Positions 10,120 to 19,206 of a stretch of 64,000 nucleotides of DNA are shown one piece after another. Every line of letters starts with the position of its first letter. Positions within the stretch are counted from its first letter, which is position 1. The notes beneath the pieces were generated by a model, which was not told the DNA's origin, did not search any database, and was given only the letters and a program-made list of their open reading frames with translations. This DNA comes from Candidatus Dojkabacteria bacterium. Lineage in GTDB: Bacteria > Patescibacteriota > Dojkabacteria > SC72. The position numbers were made by a program, and so were the translations under genes. The stretch lies in NCBI GenBank assembly GCA_050950145.1, contig JBMNHB010000001.1, forward strand, positions 140,266 through 204,265. Direction: 5' to 3'.

Positions 10120-10731
10120 ATGGGTAGATATACAGGACCAAAAGAAAAACTAAGTAGAAGAGAAGGAGTAGAACTCAATCTTAAAGGATCAAGATCTTTT
10201 TCAGATAAAGCAGGATTAAAAAGAAAACCTTTTCCTCCTGGACAGCATGGAGGTAAAAGAAGAGCAAGACTTTCTAACTACGGTTTTCAGTTAAGAGAGA
10301 AGCAGAAAGTTAAAAGAACCTATGGACTAAGGGAGAAAAATATGGTTGCTGCATACAAAGAGTCAGACAGAAGATCAAAAAACAGAAATACAGATAAAGG
10401 ATTAGAATTCTTAAGAATTTTAGAATTAAGACTTGATAATATTGTATATCTTGCAGGCCTAGCTCCTTCTAGAGCAGCAGCAAGACAATATATAACCCAT
10501 GGACATGTAAAACTTAATGGGGAAAAGAAAACCATACCATCCTTTGAAGTTAGAGAGGGTGATTCTGTTGAGTTAAAGCAAGCAAAATTAGCTCCTTCAG
10601 AGAAATTATTCAAGACACCAGATTGGATTGAAACAAAAGGTTCATCTTGTAAGGTTGTAAGATTACCAATTAGAGATGATATTGATGAAGGAATTAAAGA
10701 GAATTTAATTATTGAATTCTACTCTAGATAA
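10120..10731 (+). CDS. rpsD: 30S ribosomal protein S4
   Basis: MGRYTGP, PGQHG, QLREKQK, ELRLDNIV, ARQYITHGH, IEFYSR. Confidence 0.98.
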   Translation: MGRYTGPKEKLSRREGVELNLKGSRSFSDKAGLKRKPFPPGQHGGKRRARLSNYGFQLREKQKVKRTYGLREKNMVAAYKESDRRSKNRNTDKGLEFLRILELRLDNIVYLAGLAPSRAAARQYITHGHVKLNGEKKTIPSFEVREGDSVELKQAKLAPSEKLFKTPDWIETKGSSCKVVRLPIRDDIDEGIKENLIIEFYSR

Positions 10732-10748
10732 TTTTATTTTATTATCAA

Positions 10749-11711
10749 ATGGAAGTTTTTAAAGATATTAAAGTTACAATTAAAGAAGAAGCAGAGAATT
10801 ACGGACTTTTTGAAATTTCTCCATTACCAAGAGGATATGGACATACATTAGGAAATGCTTTGAGAAGAATTCTGTACTCAAGCTTAAGAGGTTCTGGAAT
10901 TACAAGTGTAACTATAAAAGGGGTTGATCATGAGTACTCAACATTGGAAGGTATTCAAGAAAATATGCTTGATATCATTATGAATCTAAAACAGGTTAAG
11001 TTTAGTACAAAATCAGATGATCCAGCATTTTGTAAAATTAGTGTAAAAGGAAAGAAAGTTGTAACTGCAAAAGATATTCAAACAACAGGAGATGTTGAAG
11101 TTGTAACTAAGGATTTACATATTGCAACCCTAACAGATGCATCTTCATCTCTAGATATGGAAGTTATGATTGAATCTGGAGTTGGATATAAAGCAGCACC
11201 AGCAGGTGGAAGAAAAGAGGTTGGTGTAATTCCTTTAGATTGTGATTTTACCCCAATTGAGAGAGTTAGTTTAATAGTAGAGCAAGCAAGAAAAGGTCAA
11301 GAAACAGACTTAGATGCAGTTTTAATTGGTGTCTTAACAGATGGAAGTATTACACCAAAAGATGCATTACTAGAATCTGCAAAAATACTTCAGGAGTTTG
11401 CAGGTAAAGTCATGATTGCAATGGGAATGGCAGCAAAAGAAGTAGAAGCAATCCAAGAAGAAGTAAATACTCCTGACACACAGGAAGAAGCAGAAGATGC
11501 CCAAAATGATGAAATTGGTGCATGGAAGATTGAAGAGTTACCAATATCTAAGAGATCTAAAACAGGTCTTCTTTCAGGTGGATTTAAAACAGTTGCAGAT
11601 TTAAGAGGTACAACAGCAACAGAATTATTAAATCTTCCAGGTTTTGGAAATAAATCATTAAATGAGATATTAGAACTTTTAAATGAATACGGAATTAATA
11701 TTAACGGTTAA
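10749..11711 (+). CDS. rpoA: RNA polymerase subunit alpha
   Basis: PLPRGYGHTLGNALRR, HEYST, GFGNKSLNEI alpha-CTD. Confidence 0.98.
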   Translation: MEVFKDIKVTIKEEAENYGLFEISPLPRGYGHTLGNALRRILYSSLRGSGITSVTIKGVDHEYSTLEGIQENMLDIIMNLKQVKFSTKSDDPAFCKISVKGKKVVTAKDIQTTGDVEVVTKDLHIATLTDASSSLDMEVMIESGVGYKAAPAGGRKEVGVIPLDCDFTPIERVSLIVEQARKGQETDLDAVLIGVLTDGSITPKDALLESAKILQEFAGKVMIAMGMAAKEVEAIQEEVNTPDTQEEAEDAQNDEIGAWKIEELPISKRSKTGLLSGGFKTVADLRGTTATELLNLPGFGNKSLNEILELLNEYGINING

Positions 11712-11716
11712 TTTTA

Positions 11717-12241
11717 ATGTATAAAGGTGTTAAAACAGTAAAATTAGGAAGAAAAGCGTCACATAGAAGTGCTTTAAAGCAGAACCTCTTAAGGTCACTT
11801 TTAGAGAGAGGTCATGTTGTAACTACAACGCCTAGAGCCAAAGTTCTTAAAAGGGATATGGAATCATTAATAGAGAAAGGGAAGAAGAACAGTGAAGATA
11901 TTAGTTTTGTAAGAAAGTTACAGTTGGTTTTGGGAAATGAAAAACTTACAAAGAAATTCGTTGAATATGTAAAGGGAGAAAAGACAGGAGTGACATTAGT
12001 AAAGATTGGTTTTAGAGCAGGAGATAATGCAGAAAAGACAAAAGTATCTCTTGTAGGAATAGAGAAGAAAAAGAAAACAACTAAAAAAGAGAGAGAAGTA
12101 GAAGGAAAAGAAGAGAAAAAAGAGACAAAAGAAATTAGGAGGGAAGGAAATAGAATAGGATTATTTAGTAGAGATAAGAAGGTTGATACAACTTCTGTTG
12201 TCAAACATACAGAGAGAGCTAGAACAAGATCTGGACTTTAA
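11717..12241 (+). CDS. rplQ: 50S ribosomal protein L17 with charged tail
   Basis: KLGRKASHR, TTTPRAK, RAGDNA. Confidence 0.93.
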   Translation: MYKGVKTVKLGRKASHRSALKQNLLRSLLERGHVVTTTPRAKVLKRDMESLIEKGKKNSEDISFVRKLQLVLGNEKLTKKFVEYVKGEKTGVTLVKIGFRAGDNAEKTKVSLVGIEKKKKTTKKEREVEGKEEKKETKEIRREGNRIGLFSRDKKVDTTSVVKHTERARTRSGL

Positions 12242-12257
12242 TTATTAGTTATAACAA

Positions 12258-12695
12258 ATGAAATATAAAACAGTTTGGACAAAAAAAGAAGACATTGAAA
12301 GAAAATGGTATATAGTTGATGTTAAGGACCAGGTTCTTGGAAGAGTTGTTACTAAAATAGCTTCTCTTTTGATTGGAAAAGAAAAACCTGAAATAGTACC
12401 AGATGTTGATTGTGGAGATTATGTAATTGTAATAAATAGTGATAATGTTAAGTTAACAAGAGGCAAGGAATCAAAGAAAACATATTTCAGACACTCAGGA
12501 TATCCTGGTGGAGCTAAAGAAACTACTTTTGAGAGACAGATGGAGAAAGATTCTACTAAAGTAATAGAAGACGCTGTTAAGAATATGATTCCAAACAATA
12601 AGTCAAGAGAGAGAAGATTAGCAAGACTGTATGTATATAAAAATTCTGTACACAAACATGCTGGACAGAATCCAACAGAGATTAAATTTAATTAA
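12258..12695 (+). CDS. rplM: 50S ribosomal protein L13
   Basis: WYIVD..LGR, DCGDYVIVIN, HSGYPGG. Confidence 0.98.
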   Translation: MKYKTVWTKKEDIERKWYIVDVKDQVLGRVVTKIASLLIGKEKPEIVPDVDCGDYVIVINSDNVKLTRGKESKKTYFRHSGYPGGAKETTFERQMEKDSTKVIEDAVKNMIPNNKSRERRLARLYVYKNSVHKHAGQNPTEIKFN

Positions 12696-12704
12696 TAAAC
12701 AGAA

Positions 12705-13094
12705 GTGAAGTATTTTGAAGGAATAGGAAGAAGAAAAAGATCAACTGCTAGAGTGAGAATCTATGCAGGAGATAAAACATCTACCATCAATGGAAAAGCA
12801 ATAAGTGAGTTTTTTGGTAGTAGAGAAAATGCTGAATCAATAGTACAAAGACCTTTAATAGTTGTTGGATTAGAGAAGAAATATTATTTTACAGCTAAGG
12901 TAAACGGAGGAGGAGTTACAGGTCAATTAGAAGCAATTAGACTTGGACTTGCAAGGGCATTATATAAGATGGATGAGTCATTAAAAGCAACACTTAGAAA
13001 AGAAGGTCTTATTACAAGAGATTCAAGAGAGGTTGAAAGAAAGAAGTACGATCATGTAAAAGCAAGAAAGAAACCTCAGTTCTCCAAGAGATAG
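12705..13094 (+). CDS. rpsI: 30S ribosomal protein S9
   Basis: GRRKRSTARV, GGGVTGQ, TRDSREVERKK, PQFSKR; GTG start. Confidence 0.98.
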   Translation: MKYFEGIGRRKRSTARVRIYAGDKTSTINGKAISEFFGSRENAESIVQRPLIVVGLEKKYYFTAKVNGGGVTGQLEAIRLGLARALYKMDESLKATLRKEGLITRDSREVERKKYDHVKARKKPQFSKR

Positions 13095-13173
13095 TTTCTA
13101 TCAGCAAGTTTTCAACATTGACGAGTGTATCTTGTTATTATACAATTTCTGTATTAAGTTAATTACTTATTCT

Positions 13174-13638
13174 ATGTCAAATATTGAAGATGAGGGGCAA
13201 GAAGTTCCTAATTATGTAGATTTGGGTGATGGTCGTGTAACTATTGAGTATGATGATATAGGACAGAAGCTAGATTTGGCAAATATGTTTCCTGAGAACT
13301 CAGCTGAGCTAGAAGGAGATAAGGTTGAAGAGCTGTATTTTGTTACTAGTAGTGGAAATATATACAATTTAAACTCAGAAGGAATTTTAATAAGTGCAAA
13401 TAGAGGTGGAAAACAATACTGCTTAAAACCTGAAAACCTCAAACACTTGGGTTTAGAGGTTGGTTCTCGTTTTTATCATCCATTTGAACCAAGGGTTATA
13501 AAAACATCTCCTGTTACAAAAATTGTTGCAATAACAGGAAAAAAATATTCAGATGAAATGAAGGGAAATGTAAGAAAGTCTGATATTAAAGAAAAGTTTG
13601 AAGAGATAATGGGTAAAGGGAATGTTCATACTTCTTAG
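13174..13638 (+). CDS. hypothetical protein
   Basis: Open frame with ATG at 13174; TTGACG-N17-TACAAT promoter upstream (13118-13146). Confidence 0.7.
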   Translation: MSNIEDEGQEVPNYVDLGDGRVTIEYDDIGQKLDLANMFPENSAELEGDKVEELYFVTSSGNIYNLNSEGILISANRGGKQYCLKPENLKHLGLEVGSRFYHPFEPRVIKTSPVTKIVAITGKKYSDEMKGNVRKSDIKEKFEEIMGKGNVHTS

Positions 13639-13727
13639 TTTACCTATAGGGAGACTTCTTCATTGGTTGAAAATTTTTTTTGTATCTCATATCATTTATT
13701 TGTATAAGTTTTCATATACAGATATTT

Positions 13728-14669
13728 ATGGATAAGAAAAAGTTTTTCAGAATAGGTGGGATAGTCCTTCTTGTTATCGTAGGACTTGTTCTAACAGCTG
13801 TGATTGGAATAGCTGTTCTAAAAAATTTTGTTGTAGAACGAAGTCTGAGTTTGCCATATGATTCAGGAGAATATTTTAGTAGTGATCTTGCTGTTCCAAG
13901 TACTTCTCTTAGTATGGATAGTTTTGCTTCTAAATCAGTAGGTGTTGGTAGCAATGAAATGAAAGCCGAGTCAGCATCTCAAGAAGAAACTACTAATACT
14001 TCTCAAAAAGATAAAAATATAATCAAAAGAGGAGACCTTAAAGTAGATGCAGATGATATTGATGCTACTATTAAAGAAATAGATACTATTGCAAAAAAAT
14101 ATCAAGCAGAATCTCAAAATACATATGATAGTGGTAAAGGGATAAGTAGAAGAGTTAATGTTGAGTACAAAGTAAAGGTTGTCGATTTTGAAAACTTTTT
14201 CAATGAGTTAAAGAATATGGGTGTGGAAATAGTGTCTGCATCTTCAGGTATAACTGATGTAACTAATGAGGTTATTGATTTACAGGCAAGGTTGAAGACA
14301 TATAGAAATACAGAAGCACAATTACTTGAAATTCAAAAGACTGCTAAAAATGTGAATGACACAATGGCTGTATATAGAGAGTTGAATAATATTCGCTATG
14401 AAATAGAAAGGATTGAATCTCAACTTAAACATTATGCAAATCAAACAGAATACTCTACGGTTACAATATCAGTCTTTCAGAGTCATGTAGGTGCAGTGAT
14501 AGAAGATGATAAGTGGAGACCATTAGGAACACTAAAGAATGCATTAAGAGCTTTTGTAACTGTTCTTAAAGGTTTAGGTTCAGTACTGATATGGTTAGTA
14601 GTATTTGGGACTCCAGTTGTAATAATAGTTCTTGTTATCAGATACATTGTTAGAAAGAGGAAAAAATAG
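13728..14669 (+). CDS. DUF4349-type membrane protein
   Basis: N-terminal TM, DVT..VIDLQARL coiled coil, YSTVTI, C-terminal TM. Confidence 0.8.
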   Translation: MDKKKFFRIGGIVLLVIVGLVLTAVIGIAVLKNFVVERSLSLPYDSGEYFSSDLAVPSTSLSMDSFASKSVGVGSNEMKAESASQEETTNTSQKDKNIIKRGDLKVDADDIDATIKEIDTIAKKYQAESQNTYDSGKGISRRVNVEYKVKVVDFENFFNELKNMGVEIVSASSGITDVTNEVIDLQARLKTYRNTEAQLLEIQKTAKNVNDTMAVYRELNNIRYEIERIESQLKHYANQTEYSTVTISVFQSHVGAVIEDDKWRPLGTLKNALRAFVTVLKGLGSVLIWLVVFGTPVVIIVLVIRYIVRKRKK

Positions 14670-14680
14670 TATAATGTAGG

Positions 14681-14985
14681 TGTATAAGTACTATTAGATG
14701 GTTGCATCTACCCTTCGGGAGTAGATGAGGAAAGTCCGGACTTCGTGTCAGTCTCGAACATATCGAGATAAGTGCCAACGAGAGTTGGGAGGGAGTGATC
14801 TTTCGGAGAAAAGGGCAACAGAAAGATACCGCCTAGTTTACTAGGTAAGGGTGAAATGGTGGTGTAAGAGACCACCGGGTAGGCAGTAATGTTCTATCGC
14901 TGGTAACCCCCACTTGAAGCAAGGTAAAACCGCTTAGATAGATAACCATCGTTATACAGAATCCGGCTTATTATGTACTTATACA
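14681..14985 (+). ncRNA. rnpB: RNase P RNA (compact)
   Basis: GAGGAAAGTCCGGAC, GCAACAGAAA, GGGTGAAA, GAAGCAA and ACAGAATCCGGCTTAT conserved regions; P1 TGTATAAGTAC/GTACTTATACA; TATAAT at 14670. Confidence 0.95.
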
Positions 14986-15007
14986 TTTTTATTTTAATGA
15001 AAGAGTA

Positions 15008-15601
15008 ATGGAAAAAGAGGTTTCTAGTCTTCCTGAATGGCTTCAGAGAGAAGTAGAGAAAAAGAATACAATTACAACAATTTATAATAATCTTATTTCT
15101 GGTAGGATAAGTACTAGGAATTTTTCTCCAATCAATGGAATGGACTCATATCAACAATTAACAGAGTTCTATGCATTATTAATACCCGGTTGTTCATCAG
15201 AAGAGTTATTCGTTGCATTAAATAAAAAGCTTAATAAATTAGCTTGGCAAGAGGTTATTATTGATAAGGATTATTTAAGAAACAAGCGAAGAAAAAACGC
15301 TCCTGATATTGATCAATTTGATGAATATCAACTAGGAGTTCTCTCTATGGCATACAGATTAAATATAGTTACTGATGATAATATTAGTTTTCTTAGCAGA
15401 TTAACTAGTTTAGAAGAAATAATTAAGATATCTTTTGATGTTGATAGTACCTCGGAAATAGAGGAGATAAAAGAAAAAGTTCTAACATGTCCAATACCTG
15501 ATAGAGGAGGTAGTTATATTCCAAGCAATCTCCTTTCTTACTTTACAGACTTAGACGATGAAGATTCCGACCTAGACCTTTTAGAAAATTTTGAGTATTA
15601 G
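15008..15601 (+). CDS. hypothetical protein
   Basis: 197-aa ORF, acidic tail overlaps the convergent fmt 3' end. Confidence 0.6.
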   Translation: MEKEVSSLPEWLQREVEKKNTITTIYNNLISGRISTRNFSPINGMDSYQQLTEFYALLIPGCSSEELFVALNKKLNKLAWQEVIIDKDYLRNKRRKNAPDIDQFDEYQLGVLSMAYRLNIVTDDNISFLSRLTSLEEIIKISFDVDSTSEIEEIKEKVLTCPIPDRGGSYIPSNLLSYFTDLDDEDSDLDLLENFEY

Positions 15602-16520
15602 TAATATTTCTTCCCTCAATCTGAAACTCTACCAATCTCAAACACTTACTATTATCTTTTGTTGTAAAAAGCAAATCTTCTCCTTTAACAAAAAGCTTAC
15701 CAATTTCATTACACACATTCTTACAGTTAATTAACTCTGCTTTGTAAATTTTCATTACCTTTTCTGACAAATTCTTATCCTCACCTTTAGGTAACCTAAC
15801 CCATGCAACAGGCCATGGAAGAAAAGCTCTAACCATTCTCTCAATATATACAGGCTTGTACATATCCCATTTGATTTCTGCTTTCTCTTTGGAAATATCC
15901 TTCTGCCAACAATATGTAGCTTTAGAACGATCTTGCTTTTGAGGAACAATCTTGCCGTCTATCCAATTTCTTAAAACAGGAAGAAGAATCTCTGCACTCT
16001 TCTTAACCAACCTCTCTCTTAGTAAAATATTCGTATCATCGGGTCTAATATCTTCTTTGTAAACGTCAAGAACATCACCCTCATCTAAACCTTCACTCAT
16101 TAGCATAATTGAAATACCTGTCTCTTTCTCTCCATCTAAAATAGCTTTCTGTATTGGTACAGCTCCTCTGTATTTAGGTAAAATTGAGAAATGAATGTTA
16201 ATACAACTATACTTTGGATAGTCTAAAAATTCCTTTGGAACAATCTCTCCAAATGCCTTACAAACGACAATATCTGGCTTGTATTGATTGGCAATTTCAA
16301 TATATCTCTCTTTCTTACTCTCTGTATGTTCAACAGGAATATTATTCTCTAAAGCATATCTCTTAACATCAGAAGGAGTCATTATCTGCTTTCTTCCAAC
16401 AGGTCTATCAACTGTTGTTATCACACAAACAACTTCAAAATCTTCACTCTCATGAAGAACTCTTAGAGTCTCTACAGACTCCCAACCACTACCTAAAAAT
16501 ATTGTTTTTACTTTATCCAT
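15543..16520 (-). CDS. fmt: methionyl-tRNA formyltransferase
   Basis: DRPVGRKQ, NIHFSILPKYRGAVPIQ, GLDEGD, RAFLPWPVA. Confidence 0.96.
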   Translation of the reverse strand: MDKVKTIFLGSGWESVETLRVLHESEDFEVVCVITTVDRPVGRKQIMTPSDVKRYALENNIPVEHTESKKERYIEIANQYKPDIVVCKAFGEIVPKEFLDYPKYSCINIHFSILPKYRGAVPIQKAILDGEKETGISIMLMSEGLDEGDVLDVYKEDIRPDDTNILLRERLVKKSAEILLPVLRNWIDGKIVPQKQDRSKATYCWQKDISKEKAEIKWDMYKPVYIERMVRAFLPWPVAWVRLPKGEDKNLSEKVMKIYKAELINCKNVCNEIGKLFVKGEDLLFTTKDNSKCLRLVEFQIEGRNITNTQNFLKGLGRNLHRLSL

Positions 16521-16550
16521 AGTCGATATTTTACTATAATACAGCAGAAT

Positions 16551-17579
16551 ATGAAAATGTCAGAATTTACATACAACCTATCAGAAGAAAGAATAGCTAA
16601 ATTTCCACCTGAAGAAAGAGGTACTACTAAACTACTTGTTTTAGATAGAAAAGAAAAAAGTATTACACATAGGAAATATTCAGATTGTGTTAAATATATG
16701 AAAGAAGGAGATGTCGTTGTCCTTAATGAAACTAAAGTTGAAAAAAGAAGAACATATTTTGTTGATGGTAAAGAAAGAATACATGAGGTTCTTTTTCTTA
16801 ATCAACAACAAGATGGAAGTTGGTTATGTTTAATAAAAAAGAGTAAGCAACTTAATGAAAACGATATTCTTAGTAACCTGGTTTGTAAAGGAATCCAGTT
16901 GCAGATTGTAAAAAAGAGTGAAAAAGGGGTTGTTGTTAAATTACTATCGGACCTAAATCCAGAGGAAGTTTTTGAGAAGGTAGGACATACACCAATTCCT
17001 CCGTATATGAAGAGGGAAGATACAGAAGAAGACTTTGAGAGATACAACACAGTATTTGGAAAACATTTTGGTTCTGTTGCCTCTCCAACTGCTAGTTTGA
17101 ATTTAACAGAAGATCTTTTAGAAAAAATTAAAAAGAAAGGTGTGAAAATAGCCAAAGTTGATTTAAAAGTAGGTTGGGGTACATTTGCTCCTGTTAGGGA
17201 AGAGAATATTGAAGATCATGAAATTCATGAAGAAGAAATTTCATTACCATTAACTTCTGCAAATGTTATTAATGAAGCTATTGAAAACGGTGGAGATGTT
17301 TGGGCTTTTGGAACAACAGTTGCAAGACTACTTGAGAGTTGTGCAACAAAAGATGGTTTTGTAAAAGCATATGATGGTATTACAAATCTTTACATCTATC
17401 CGGGATATGAATGGAAAGTTGTTGATCATTTAATCACAAACTTTCATATGCCTGATTCTTCTTTGATTCTTCTAGTTTCATCATTTGCAGGAAAAGAGTT
17501 AATTAAAAAAGCATATGATGAGGCTTTGAAAAATGAATATATGTTCCTAAGTTATGGAGACAGTATGTTAATCCTTTAA
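16551..17579 (+). CDS. queA: S-adenosylmethionine:tRNA ribosyltransferase-isomerase
   Basis: IAKFP, PIPPY, GSVASPTASL, VGWGTF, TNFHMPDSSL, FLSYGDSMLI. Confidence 0.96.
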   Translation: MKMSEFTYNLSEERIAKFPPEERGTTKLLVLDRKEKSITHRKYSDCVKYMKEGDVVVLNETKVEKRRTYFVDGKERIHEVLFLNQQQDGSWLCLIKKSKQLNENDILSNLVCKGIQLQIVKKSEKGVVVKLLSDLNPEEVFEKVGHTPIPPYMKREDTEEDFERYNTVFGKHFGSVASPTASLNLTEDLLEKIKKKGVKIAKVDLKVGWGTFAPVREENIEDHEIHEEEISLPLTSANVINEAIENGGDVWAFGTTVARLLESCATKDGFVKAYDGITNLYIYPGYEWKVVDHLITNFHMPDSSLILLVSSFAGKELIKKAYDEALKNEYMFLSYGDSMLIL

Positions 17580-18403
17580 AAATTTTTCTTTGCAGAAAAT
17601 ACAATTTTAGTATTCCATCTCCTATCACCAACTTCAATAATCTTGTTTAGATATGTGAAATACTCTTCCTGTTTCACTAATTTTATATCTTCAATTACAT
17701 ATCCTGCTTTAGAAAAAAGATTTCTATACGTCTCTAATGAAGCAAAATTTACAATCTCTTTTGCTTCTCTGTAAAGGCTGTCAAAACCCCATGTATATTT
17801 ATTAAGGAACTCTCTAACCTCATACCATGCTCCAGTAATATTCCCATTTTGTATAGTTAAATGATTAGGGAAAGGACTCAGGTATGTGTATTTATTAAGA
17901 AATGTCTTTGCTTCTTCTACATTCCTTAACTTGAATGACTCTACTTCATGAATATTTGAACAAGATGCAGTATCTAAGACACCGTCTCTCACAATTATCC
18001 TTCCACTGTTTGTTAAATATTTTGAAAGTGTTTTAAGCAGTTCAACTACAGAAACAAACCCATCTTCATATGAATATATTTCATGAAGCAAGGAATTTAG
18101 AATTATGTAATTAAACAATCCATTCTCCAGAATAAAAGCGTCTAATTCATCAAACTTAGATAGAAAAATATTGTTTGGATAGTTTTCCTTTGCTCTCTCA
18201 ATCATGAAATCCGATTTATCAAAACCCACAGAGATAGAAGAGGGATGTATAGTATTTAGATATTTGAATATACTACCTGATCCACAGCCAAAATCTAGAA
18301 TATTGCTTTTCTCCGGCTCTTTGTATTGAATGAAATCAAAGATGATAAGCTTGTCGTCTACATTTTTTTCCATTCTTTGTGCATATATCTGTTCGTTTCC
18401 CAT
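17576..18403 (-). CDS. class I SAM-dependent methyltransferase
   Basis: ILDFGCGSG motif I, GFD motif II, SLLHEIYSY, GRIIVRDG. Confidence 0.85.
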   Translation of the reverse strand: MGNEQIYAQRMEKNVDDKLIIFDFIQYKEPEKSNILDFGCGSGSIFKYLNTIHPSSISVGFDKSDFMIERAKENYPNNIFLSKFDELDAFILENGLFNYIILNSLLHEIYSYEDGFVSVVELLKTLSKYLTNSGRIIVRDGVLDTASCSNIHEVESFKLRNVEEAKTFLNKYTYLSPFPNHLTIQNGNITGAWYEVREFLNKYTWGFDSLYREAKEIVNFASLETYRNLFSKAGYVIEDIKLVKQEEYFTYLNKIIEVGDRRWNTKIVFSAKKNF

Positions 18404-18492
18404 TCCTTATCCGTTATATCCTTCCATAACCGTTTTTGTCAAATCTAGGGTGTAATTGCAGAATTGTGGTGTTTAGTATGGTATAACTAGAT

Positions 18493-19194
18493 ATGTTAGA
18501 TTTCTTTAGACAATTGTTTTCACCAAATAGTATAAGGACAACTTCTTTTTTTACTCTGTATCAAAACATTGTTCGCTGGAGAAATGCTAAGGTGTATCCA
18601 TATTCTTTCAATTTACCAGAAGCCATATCTATGCCAGAATCATTTTGGAAAGATGTAATTAAAATATATAGACTAACAGATGCAGACGGTAAGGAGAGAG
18701 CAATGTCTATTTGGTATGCAGATGGAGAGTTAATAGCAACACCTCCTACAAGAGGTGACGAGAAATCTGTTACAACAAGAGATTTTGTTTCTGTAAAGTA
18801 TTCTCCACACCCAACAAGGAAAGGATATTACAGAAAAGAGGTTTTTGTTAATCAAAAATCCGTAAAACGGGAAGATGTATTTCATGAAAAAGCACCAAAG
18901 AAAGTAGATATTAGCTACCTGTTTAATATGCATACTCATCCAAAGCATTCGATGGATGATGGTACAACTCTGTATAGTTTTTTTTCAGCTCAAGATATCA
19001 GAAGCTTAATATCTTCTCAGTCAATAATGGCAGGTCTTGTGACAGATAAGTTGTGGCTTTTAATGAGAACTTCTGAAACTTCTAATTCTGTCCCATTTAA
19101 TGATGGAGATATTCTAACTGTTGATATGCTCAAAAATGATATGAAATTAGGAGTATATTGTGCTGACTTTAACAGTAAAGTAATTAAGCAATAG
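18493..19194 (+). CDS. JAB/MPN-like metalloenzyme, unknown function
   Basis: E(RA)...HTHP-x11-FFSAQD, resembling the JAMM E/HxH/SxxD motif. Confidence 0.6.
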   Translation: MLDFFRQLFSPNSIRTTSFFTLYQNIVRWRNAKVYPYSFNLPEAISMPESFWKDVIKIYRLTDADGKERAMSIWYADGELIATPPTRGDEKSVTTRDFVSVKYSPHPTRKGYYRKEVFVNQKSVKREDVFHEKAPKKVDISYLFNMHTHPKHSMDDGTTLYSFFSAQDIRSLISSQSIMAGLVTDKLWLLMRTSETSNSVPFNDGDILTVDMLKNDMKLGVYCADFNSKVIKQ

Positions 19195-19206
19195 TTTTAA
19201 TGAATT

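Noticed and set aside
15543-15601. 59-nt convergent overlap of fmt and a hypothetical gene
   Set aside because: Common in compact genomes; no extra signal
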